A DNA stretch of 64,000 bases from Laetmonice hystrix (lineage: Eukaryota). Of the stretch, positions 53,945 to 64,000 are shown piece by piece. Under the pieces are notes generated by a model, which was not told where the DNA came from, did no database searches, and saw only the letters and a list, made by a program, of their open reading frames with translations. The translations under genes were made by a program, and so were the position numbers. Position 1 is the first letter of the stretch, and every line of letters starts with the position of its first letter. The stretch spans positions 13,888,001 to 13,952,000 of the forward strand of contig OZ249436.1 in NCBI GenBank assembly GCA_965235115.1. Direction: 5' to 3'.

Positions 53945-55467
53945 AACGGGTACATCGGTTGGTGTTTACCCTTTCCCCGAGAAGACTGGAACACATACTT
54001 CCTCCTCGTACTTGGCATCATGCTCAGTCACCACAGCTTATGAAGGGTATGATCTAATACATGTTCTTTCCTAGTGCGTCGCTACAGTTGTAAAGCTGAT
54101 TTGCATTATTTCTGTTGGAAACCTCAGAACTTCCAGTTAGATTCATAATTAGTCTAATAGACTTCCTGTTTACTTTTGATACGACTTACGATGTCGTATC
54201 TAATTATAGTGCAAGGGGCTGATGTATGATATTGAAATTAATATTGCTTCCAACTGGAAGCAACCCATACGACTCCCACTTTCATTCTCTCTTCATGATT
54301 CAAATTAATTTCGTTGCTCTTATACAACCTAATGACTCCGCCAAGAAATGTCCTTCATTTGACAGCCTGTAATGATGTGGAAAGTCAGACAAAGCGTATG
54401 AGCTGTGTGTTGACTGTATGACAGGATGTTGACTGTATGACGGGATGTTGATAGCGGAAACAGGTGTCAACGTCGGGTCAATATAACGGGGTGCGCCATA
54501 CAGTAATTACACCAACATTATTTTCTCCTTCTCACATCTGCCGCCAAGTATGTGTTTGAAATACGCCAGCTTGTGTTCATTCCGCAATATGATACTGTTG
54601 GTCAATAATATGGTTCTCCATGTCTCTATCCTTCTCTTTCTCTCTCACACACATCTCTATCTCAGTGTATTTTCACAGACGACGACCACACATTGATATT
54701 TGACTACGTGTATGCATAAAGAACACATTGAGAAGATCAAAGTAAAGGCGTTGTCACACCTGTAAATTCAGGGAGGGGTATATGTTGGTATATGTTAGCA
54801 TTTGTGTATTATGTATGGGCACGAATACATGTGATTACATAGGAAGCAAAAAACATTTGTCAATATTCAAAATATTCGCACTGCACAATATTCCGCCGCG
54901 TACAGCAAACAGCGGCAGAAACGATCAATGGAACTATGAAGGTAGAGTAGGAATATGATATGTTCATGACAATAAGATAACGTTACCACAGCTACGGGTA
55001 TGAAACTTTACCCGATTATTCCATACCGATTTACTTCATATCACACAGGCTTCATACGGTCCTCCTCTGTCATCAAAAAGATCAATTCTTTTTAATCTTT
55101 TCCTCTGGGAACGAAAGAAGGCACCCAGCTACAAACGCCAATTTCCCCATACTACTTGCTTCCAATCTCAATTTTGCAACCACTGTTTACAAGCTAGATC
55201 CCTACATACTGCCTTGGACTTTCAATGCGGCCATCGTAATTGCGTGTAATTTACGTGCCCCTTTGTGCGCGTTCTATCGTAAAAAGGGAACAAATAGCCT
55301 TGCGTTTGATGCAGATAATACGGCCTGTCGACTGAGAAGGCTCAGTAAACAATCCCTTATGATGTCTGATAGTGATTACCGATCGGTCCATTCCATCGCT
55401 GGAATAATCTATTGATGATCAGATTATGTTCTAGGCTGACCTGTTCCCTAGACCCCAGAATAACGCC

Positions 55468-56196
55468 GCCCTCATTCTACCCGCCTAACCATGAACCTGC
55501 AGATAGCGGAGACGGGGAGAAACTGAGTCATAGGGGCCCTCATACTACCCGCCTAACCATGAACCACAACCTGCAGATAGCGGAGACGGGGAGAAACTGA
55601 GTCATAGGGGCCCTCATACTACCCGCCTAACCATGAACCACAACCTGCAGATAGCGGAGACGGGGAGAAACTGAGTCATAGGGGCCCTCATACTACCCGC
55701 CTAACCATGAACCACAACCTGCAGATAGCGGAGACGGGGAGAAACTGAGTCATAGGGGCCCTCATACTACCCGCCTAACCATGAACCACAACCTGCAGAT
55801 AGCGGAGACGGGGAGAAACTGAGTCATATAGGGGCCCTCATACTACCCGCCTAACCATGAACCACAACCTGCAGATAGCGGAGACGGGGAGAAACTGAGT
55901 GTCATACTACCCGCCTAACCATGAACCACAACCTGCAGATAGCGGAGACGGGGAGAAACTGAGTCATAGGGGCCCTCATACTACCCGCCTAACCATGAAC
56001 CACAACCTTCAGATAGCGGAGACGGGGAGAAACTGAGTCATAGGGGCCCTCATACTACCCGCCTAACCATGAACCACAACCTGCAGATAGCGGAGACTGG
56101 GAGAAACTGAGTCATAGGGGCCCTCATACTACCCGCCTAACCATGAACCACAACCTGCAGATAGCGGTGACGGGGAGAAACTGAGTTATAGGGGCC
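55468..56196. repeat. Minisatellite, 74-bp unit, ~10 copies
   Basis: Unit ACTACCCGCCTAACCATGAACCACAACCTGCAGATAGCGGAGACGGGGAGAAACTGAGTCATAGGGGCCCTCAT. Confidence 0.95.
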
Positions 56197-59100
56197 GACT
56201 GAGTCACGCTATATTCGACGTTCTACAACGCTATTTTAACATCTTGTTGATATTTTTGTGTTCTTTTCTCTATACCTGTTTTTTCCATCGTCTTAGTACA
56301 TGCTAATCTAATTAAGGTTACACCACTGACAGATATTCAATCGCATACAGCAGAGAAGAAGAGGGGGGGGGGGGGGCTCCCCACAAACAGAAATTTTCCT
56401 TTGAAATGAAACCATGCAATGGGACGGAAATTACACATTTGTTTTCATTCCAACTGTCTCATAATGTGACGAGCATTATCGTTGCCTAGGTAGGCTAATT
56501 GTGGCCATTTGTCACGTGTGAGTCGCCTCCTGTATTTATCACACGGTAATTATGGGCCTGACATTACGTTAATGGTAAGCCGCTGGTAATTCGGTGTGAA
56601 CCACCCACTCAGTTGCCAGAGCTACCTTTCCAGTTCATAACATCACAGATAGAGACACCTTTACTTGGCAATGGTCATTACATCCCGAATTTAATCCATG
56701 TTATTTCAAACAAAACACATTCGTTGTGTAATAGTAAAGGGGCCAATATTCCTGATACCCCGCCATCTGTATATATCCTGTTCCGGTTCCGTTCTAAGAC
56801 TGGATGTACTCCCGGGCGGCGATACGTTGCGGTATTTCTATTCCACTTGGTTAGTTACACTGTAAGGGAAGCTCGTCTACAAGGGATGGGCAGTAATTGT
56901 GTTATAGGACAACGTCGGCGTGTGAGAATGTGACTGAATGCTGTATTGACTGGTTGTATCATGATATAGTTGTAAACCGGGCACATCGATTTTCCAGCCA
57001 AGAGTACAGGATACTGGTGATAAAGGAAACTGCCATTGAGTCGCGGTGCTAATTCCTGCACGTACGTGACTGCAGGCGACATGCAACCTACACCCAGCTA
57101 CCCGCTCCCGAACACACGTCTAACATAGTTACTGCAATACTTTTATTGTACGTGCCAGCATGAATCGCTGCATATTTCATGTCTCTGAAATGGAAATTTG
57201 GTAGATGTGGTTTGGGTCTCATGCAAGAAAGGTTTTGCGGGCATGTGGAGAGATGAATCATGGTAAAGGAGATGTGACCCGGACAACAGGTCGACAAACG
57301 ACCACGGTTTGTAAAGCTCGAATCGCTTGCAGCCATGTGGATCCTTCATGGTTTTATAATAGTCCTGTAATATTTCTTCATTACACCATGGGACAGCGAG
57401 ATGAAGTAGTGAAAAAACTTTGTAGTGCATGACCTTCATATAACCGTGCCTCTTACAGTAATTGCCACAAATCTCATTGAACTATGGGTGTCCGCCCACT
57501 TGTGGCTATATTTAAAAGAATTCCCGTTGGATTTTTTTTTTTTTTTTTTGGTATTTTGTTTCAGGAGACTCGTGAATAGAAATATATACCACAGAATCCT
57601 TAGATTTTAAATGTGCAGAATATTCAGAACACCCCCATAATCCATTACATCACTCACCAACATTCTTCAAAGATTCTTAGCCTGTTTCTACGAAAGGGCC
57701 TTTACAGAGGCAGTTGCACCGCAACAGGAAGGCAACCGAGTAAGGAGGAGTTGAGGCAGCCATGTAATCCGACCAATATGACAGGCATGTCTATCGCTGA
57801 CCAATACACTAGCCCGCGTAGAGACGAGTAAGGTAACTAATTACCTGCTACAAATTACACCATATAGACCATGTCAAGATCAGCTACGTCAAACCTGAGT
57901 ATTACGATAAAGCACTTGATAATAGGGGCTCACTGTATTTTATCTGCGAAGTGTGAAAGGCAGATATTATTTATACAGACAGTGATGATGGTGATAATCT
58001 CTCACCATACTTACAGTACCAAGTGTCGGGCCTCTTCCCCGTTGGGAGTAATATTACACGTGTATGGCAAAGTCCTGTAAGTACAACCGTAAGTACGTCA
58101 ACCGTGCTTTATTCGCGGGCAGAGGTAGGGCTAATAATCCATATAATTGTAGCAATCTTTAGTAATCTAGGCTGATGGGCATCACACTGCCTTTACGTGA
58201 TGGTGTGATAGATTTATAGAGAAACATATAAGTAGATGTTCAGTGGTTGCCGGAACTTGGCATTGTTGAGTAAGACTAGACCGACGCCAGTAAACACAGG
58301 TTAGTAAATCATATCTGGCAGTCCATGCTCATTGTCCACTCCCGAGTTGGAGGCCTAAACTCATCCTTTAATCTGTTCAAGTAAATGATGATTATAGGGA
58401 TGTCAGCTAGTATGCAAAAATGATGGCTTGTAAGTGCGTTAGGTATGGTAAAATCGTACAACACAGTGGCACATGCCATCCTGCTGTACATGCTGTTAGT
58501 CTGATTAAAACACTTTGACATGTTGTGAGGTCTTCATGTCACACGTAATTACCACTGTGTCGCTGGTGTATGGGATACAGCCGTCCATACCGTGTGATCT
58601 TGTAGAAGATAAGAGAACTCGAGACACTGTAAAGTGCACCATTCCAACACGCCCAGGCTACTAACTGTCCATCTGTGTTTGATCATGTAAAACACGTCCT
58701 TTGTGAAATAGTGATAAACAATGCGAGTAGGTTTGTATGTTAAGATATTGAGGTACGCAGAGTGTGACATGCAAGAAGATATTTATTATATCCAATATAG
58801 ACCTGTCGCCCGCAGTTTTTATATCATTTACTCCTGCCCTAAGGGTTTTCAGTGCGAGGTTTCCTTTCATGTCCGACAGGGCAGGTTGTTGGCATGAGGT
58901 TGTCGACAAGAACCAAGCCGATCGCCAACTGCTGTGGCGTTTGTCCTTGCCCCCTCACCGGTATCTTAGACCCCGGCCGAGTCTATATATCCGACCTGAG
59001 ATTTCTACTTATCGTCGATATTCCAACAAAGAAACGGCGAATTCCTCGCAAAGGTCTCTTCCGCTTTCCCCCACCTAGACAGACTGGCGGCTGACTAGGC

Positions 59101-59539
59101 CTCTCATTTCCCGTGTCGAGGAGGCCTCACATCTACCGTCTTTGATCCGTGAGGCTATCTGCTACGAACACGTACACTTGACTGTTGTGCAAGGTTTCTT
59201 CATGAAAGGCTAAATAGTAATTCTTTCTCTATTTCTGGTTTCGCAATTTGTCTTTCTTACATCGTCCTAGGCGGACGAACGTATGGTTCAGTTTTAAATA
59301 CGGTTCAGTGATTGTAAGCTATTCCGGTCATGGTGGTGGTGTTATTTCCTGACATTATTCAAATCTTAATTCAAAATTGTATTGGTTCATCTTGAAAAAA
59401 ATGTGGCATGTGTGAATGCTCCTTCCCTTCTGGAAATTGTTCAACTATGATATCAAAAGAATATATCTAATTAGTTTTTTATCATCATATACTGGGTGAA
59501 TGTTTAGGTCTATTGTATTGCTGCCCGCGAGGAGATCTA

Positions 59540-60240
59540 TTATAGGTTTTCCAGGTCAAATGTCCTCAATATCAAATCAAATGTAATATTTGGTAATCCA
59601 AATGTCAAAAGCCAAATCAAATGTCCAATTAATGACAAATGACAAAAATGTCCACCTGGACCAATTCAATATCATACCAAATGTCATTAGTGAAGTCAAA
59701 TATCCACAGAATAGAAATGCTCTGACCACCGGGGCATAACCTCACACAAAGGTGGATCAAATGTAGCAGAGGGAATTCCTATGCCTCTTGGCAACAAACA
59801 CAAGCAGACATGCCTTACCAGAGGATTTCCGACAGCGCCAATATCATGCCAACGACCAGGGAGAGGACTATCTTGAAGTGGCCAGGGTTGATGGCATCAA
59901 ATCATAAGTATTTCAAAGACTCGTGACAATTAGAATTAATATTTAACATTTGAATTCCCTAGTGGACATTCCAGAAACACGAGAAAGTGGGAAAAAAAGA
60001 AACATTTTATTTCAGGAATAGATTTAAATGAAGACAAACAATATTCTTTAACTAGTTTAAGAGCCTTGTTTTGCACCTAATTATGGCACTATCTGTATTT
60101 GATATCACTATGTAACATTTGAGTTACCAAGTGGGCATTTCAGCTAGCTAATTGGACATTTATTTAGCTATTTGGACATTTGGCTTTAGCTAATTGGATA
60201 TTTAGTTACCTATTTGAACTGCCTATTTAAAACCATATAC
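59540..60240. mobile_element. Candidate non-autonomous DNA transposon with oppositely oriented subterminal repeats
   Basis: About 7 AAATGTCC-like motifs at 59557-59706 and about 6 GGACATTT-like motifs at 59946-60205 face inward around a GC-richer core; weak terminal similarity (TATAGGTTTT vs AAAACCATATA). Confidence 0.4.
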
Positions 60241-60467
60241 AACTATATAATTCTCTGCTTATATACGCTATCTAGGGCTATTATAGAGTAACCCCTGCGG
60301 TTACCTTGATCGTAACTGTATACATGCAGTTAGAGATAATAGGGACATGTGATAGGGCCTCGGGTCTCCCTCCCAGCGCAACAAGACTTCTATAATCTTG
60401 AAAATGGTTCTCAAATCATTTCTGTGCTTACGGCATTGTATAATTGATTGGTGTATTTCTTTCTATT

Positions 60468-60774
60468 CTCCAGTCTGTGCCATTGTCTTACCTCCAGCCT
60501 GTGCCATTGTCTTACCTCCAGTCTGTGCCATTGTCTTACCTCCAGTCTGTGCCATTGTCTTACCTCCAGTCTGTGCCATTGTCTTACCTCCAGTCTGTGC
60601 CATTGTCTTACCTCCAGTCTGTGCCATTGTCTTACCTCCAGTCTGTGCCATTGTCTTACCTCCAGTCTGTGCCATTGTCTTACCTCCACGGCTCCAGTCT
60701 GTGCCATTGTCTTACCTCCAGTCTGATGTGCCATTGTCTTACCTCCAAAGTCTGTGCCATTGTCTTATACCTCC
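60468..60774. repeat. Minisatellite, 24-bp unit, ~12 copies
   Basis: Unit CTCCAGTCTGTGCCATTGTCTTAC. Confidence 0.95.
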
Positions 60775-61169
60775 GAAGTATCCCTTTTTAAGCTTCTCTC
60801 AAGGAAACACATGTACGTGATTGTTGTGTATGCCATTGAGCCTGTGTCTGTTTGGCGTTCAGTTCTCACGACGCCGCGTCTTAATGATAGTGCCGCACAC
60901 AATTGTCACATGATGACGTGATTAGACGTTTGGCGTACTAGAAAAGACGCATCACGGCTGACTTGGCTGGGCGATGTCCACGTGAGCAACTGGCGCGTAA
61001 TTAGGAAGACCGCCTGCCAACACTTGAATGCACCCTTCAGTTCACATATACCCAGGCCTTGCCGTGTGATCTCACTGCCAATTAAAGACTTCTAAAGGAT
61101 TAATCCAGTAATAGTGTATTCTGAAAACTGATTCAACACTTACTTTGTGTCGCTTTTCTCTGTTTGCAG

Positions 61170-61214
61170 GACGAGAAGAACCAGATTATGACAACAAACG
61201 TATGGCTTACACAG
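61170..61214 (+). CDS. nAChR: nAChR 45-nt exon (DEKNQIMTTNVWLTQ)
   Basis: Acceptor CTTTTCTCTGTTTGCAG and donor CAG|GTATGT; phase 0-0; the peptide and 45-nt size match the conserved third exon of nAChR genes. Confidence 0.96.
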
Positions 61215-61301
61215 GTATGTGCCACTTTTTTCCGATAGGCCTACCCGCATGCACACTCAAAAATAGGCGTAAATATTTTCATAAATATAGGCTATAGGCT
61301 A

Positions 61302-61582
61302 CGGTGGCCCATAATGGACATGCATGTGTTATTTGCCATTTCTAAGGAAATCACTATAGGTTTTTCGGGTTTTCACTTTTAAATATCGACGCTTTCACTT
61401 TCCTTTATGGCGAATAGAGGACAACGAGCTAGGAATAACAATTGAGAAGACAAAGCCTTGCGATGGAAATGCGCCATAAAGGAAAGCGAAATCGTCGATA
61501 TTTAAAAGTGAAGACCCGAAAAACCTATACCGATTTCCTTGGAAATAGCAAATAACACATGCATGTCCCTTATGGGTCACCG
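61302..61582. mobile_element. Foldback MITE with 111-bp TIRs and TA target duplication (Tc1/mariner-type)
   Basis: Arms 61302-61412 and 61472-61582 are reverse complements with 9 mismatches in 111 bp around a 59-bp spacer; flanked by TA at 61300-61301 and 61583-61584. Confidence 0.9.
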
Positions 61583-64000
61583 TACTAGGCCTATAGACCC
61601 ACATAGATATGTAGGCTTAGGCCTATATTAGCACATTATAACATGACATTGGTGCCGCATAGAACTGTGCCTGTATATATTATCACGATGACTATTCCCC
61701 GGGCAAAACGGTCGGCGGCAATATTCGACCAGCTCGCTGTCGCCATCGGCAGATTATTACCCGTTTCCGGTGTGCCGGTGCTTTTAGCGACATGCCGTAG
61801 AGCGGCGGGTGATGTCCCATGTTAGACGTCCTGGATGTCCGAGTGCCATCGAGCGTGTTACCGCCGTGCGCATGCGTGCAGAGGCTTTGCTCTGTCATCA
61901 CCAGCGGGCAGACATTCCGACACTCCTTTCAAGTCGGTTGTGTTCGGCGGGGGGGGGGGGGGGGCAAGCGGCCACCAACCAACTGGATTCAGCTGGCTTT
62001 GTCTCTGCAAACGAACTAATGCGATCGCAATGAGAAGACAAAGGCTGGGACAGGATGGTGCGTTCTGATGTTAATGGTCCCGACACCCGACGTCAAGCTA
62101 GGTTGATTTGATCCACCGTTAGAAACAAAGTCATGTAGCCAGACCCCGAGAACATAACGTTGTTATTATCCAGTCATCCAGGGGCCAAACTCTACTTGTA
62201 GTGTCAGCCCGTCATGTATCAGATAGGGGACCTATGTGTACATGATCTCTGGCTCCATTTAAAACCTTGATGACCTCCAAAGTGCATTTTTAACATAATT
62301 CCCATATGTGTTTAATGATTATAATGACATGATGGTAAGTTTTCAACAACTATGTAAGTGAACTTAACCTTTCCTTTCCAATGAATTCCCCTTTTGTTAT
62401 ATGAAACCGGCACTCTGGCTGGTCTGCGGGCATGCTTGCTATAGCAGGAATATTGTTACAGAAGTATTTCGTCATGGCACCCATCAGTGCGTACTCCAGT
62501 TGAATATATGAAGTATTTTTATCCTTATATCGGACATATTAGATTTTAAATATCTTCTTTCCATGTGAAAAATGGAAGCGGTGCGCATTTAATTGTAATC
62601 GATGCGGAAACAACATTAAAGATCCTTACATAGACTTACATAGATGTCCCATAGGACCTATTTATCTGGATTTCTATCAGCTTTAGTAGCTATCGTGTAA
62701 GAAGAACCGGTAACCGAATGTGTCTAGTGCTTTAAGCGCCAATATCTCCATTTTGTACTTAAGATGATCTGACCAGATGGAATGAACGTCAATAAAGGCT
62801 GGGGCTTGAATTACCACTTGTGTATTTATGCTGGAACTCTCCTGGTGGCCATCCCTGACCCAGTGAAACTTTTGTGCCACAAGACGAGCAGAAGGCGGGA
62901 CGAAGGGCTGGACTTGATCGACTGCATTCTAAAAGAAGGCCTCACGTTGTGTATAGAGGTGGTCCTGGTGAACGAATGTTGCATGGATTGTGTACTGGTG
63001 CGCAGAGGGACCCTGCCACTGGTCGTATTTACCCAATCTCATCGGGACGCTTTCATGTATAAATTATCCTCACCAGTCGATCGCTTCACTTTGACTGAAC
63101 CTCACCGTTAACATACCTGAATCAAGTTCATATTTTCGACCCGTTGAATCACTTAGCGACTTGGATAAGCCGATGATGAACGATTAGTGGTATTTCACGA
63201 CTATGGTTTGGTGATGATTATCCCAAAAGTGGCTCGGGTTGGGTTATCTAATCCAAGGGGTCAACATCCAGGATAACCAATCATCTCAACAGATGTTTGG
63301 CAGAGGAAGCTTTGGCAGATGTCATGACGAGTGCTTTCATAACAATAACAATAGGTCTAGTACCCCTTTGTCTGTCTTTAGTTTGATCACCATGCGCCCT
63401 TTCTGATATTCAACACATATTTCAGGGCTCATTTGAAATATAATTTTGTGTTCAATGCAGAGCGGCCATTGTTGACTGAACTCCACTTTGTTTAGTTTCA
63501 TTAATTATGATTAATTTCTAATCGTATTTTAGACAAAAGTATTCACGAGCAGAATTTAGAGAGAGAAAATGGACATTATCTAACAGGCGTCGTTAGCATG
63601 GAGCCAAACAAACGAGTTTCAGTACATATTGTAACTTCGTGACACCTCCAATAGTTGTGCTGTAAGACGACCACAGATGTTAATACCCCGCCATGCATGG
63701 CTCTAGTTTGTATGCAGTAATTATCTGCCGTCATTGTGCCTTGTGCGGTGAGTGTTAGCTGAAGCTCACAGAGAACCCCAATTATACCGACTACAGGTCT
63801 AATGAATATTGCGTCCAGTAACATTTTGTAACAGTTCGGGCCCAGGAAGTTGTATCCTGGATTCTCCATCCATAATGCGGGATGAACAAAAAGAGATCAT
63901 CCCATGGTATGCCTACCTTGGATTACAGCGAGGCGATAACGCCAAAACCCCACGAAAGGACATCGTACCGTGGCCACCAGCGCGGCCAATAAATAGGATT

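Larger units (their letters stand above)
26883..61214 (+). other. nAChR: Nicotinic acetylcholine receptor subunit gene, 5' portion (3 coding exons; introns 26941-47360 and 47513-61169); continues beyond the window
   Basis: Spliced translation [85 protein letters not shown] is the typical N-terminus of Cys-loop nAChR subunits. All junctions are GT-AG with compatible phases (1, 0). Alpha vs non-alpha cannot be decided because loop C is outside the window. Confidence 0.9.

Noticed and set aside
9966-60774. Tandem arrays as CRISPR arrays
   Set aside because: Units are head-to-tail with no unique spacers, no cas genes are present, and the context is a spliced eukaryotic gene.
62683-63111. ORFs on both strands, faintly L2-like (FHW...YKM..LALKAL)
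   Set aside because: Similarity is too weak and the motif spacing is inconsistent.
61600-64000. Search for nAChR exon 4 (W.DYKL.W.P..YGG) or a duplicated alternative exon 3
   Set aside because: No matching frame with splice sites was found; the exon must lie beyond the window.

Overview
This is eukaryotic, most likely invertebrate, genomic DNA, not a prokaryotic locus. A lophotrochozoan origin is plausible from the receptor sequence, but the taxon cannot be fixed. The only confidently recognisable protein-coding gene is the 5' part of a nicotinic acetylcholine receptor subunit on the + strand. It has a candidate signal-peptide exon at 26883-26940, exon 2 at 47361-47512 ([12 protein letters not shown]...SQLIDV) and the conserved 45-nt exon at 61170-61214 (DEKNQIMTTNVWLTQ); the rest lies beyond the window. 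The remainder is intergenic or intronic: about 17 mutually unrelated tandem arrays (roughly 10 kb, about 15% of the window), several MITEs, microsatellites and weak retroelement traces. Most ORFs in the supplied track are repeat-derived or spurious. I found no clear novel multi-gene system. The best leads are two alternative signal peptides for the receptor, a 75-nt in-frame cassette-exon candidate, a 111-bp foldback element 87 nt after exon 3, an inverted MITE pair bracketing exon 1, and recurrent TA-NNNN-TA palindromes (the same +/-CATGTA indel in two unrelated arrays and an apparent excess of TAGGCCTA).
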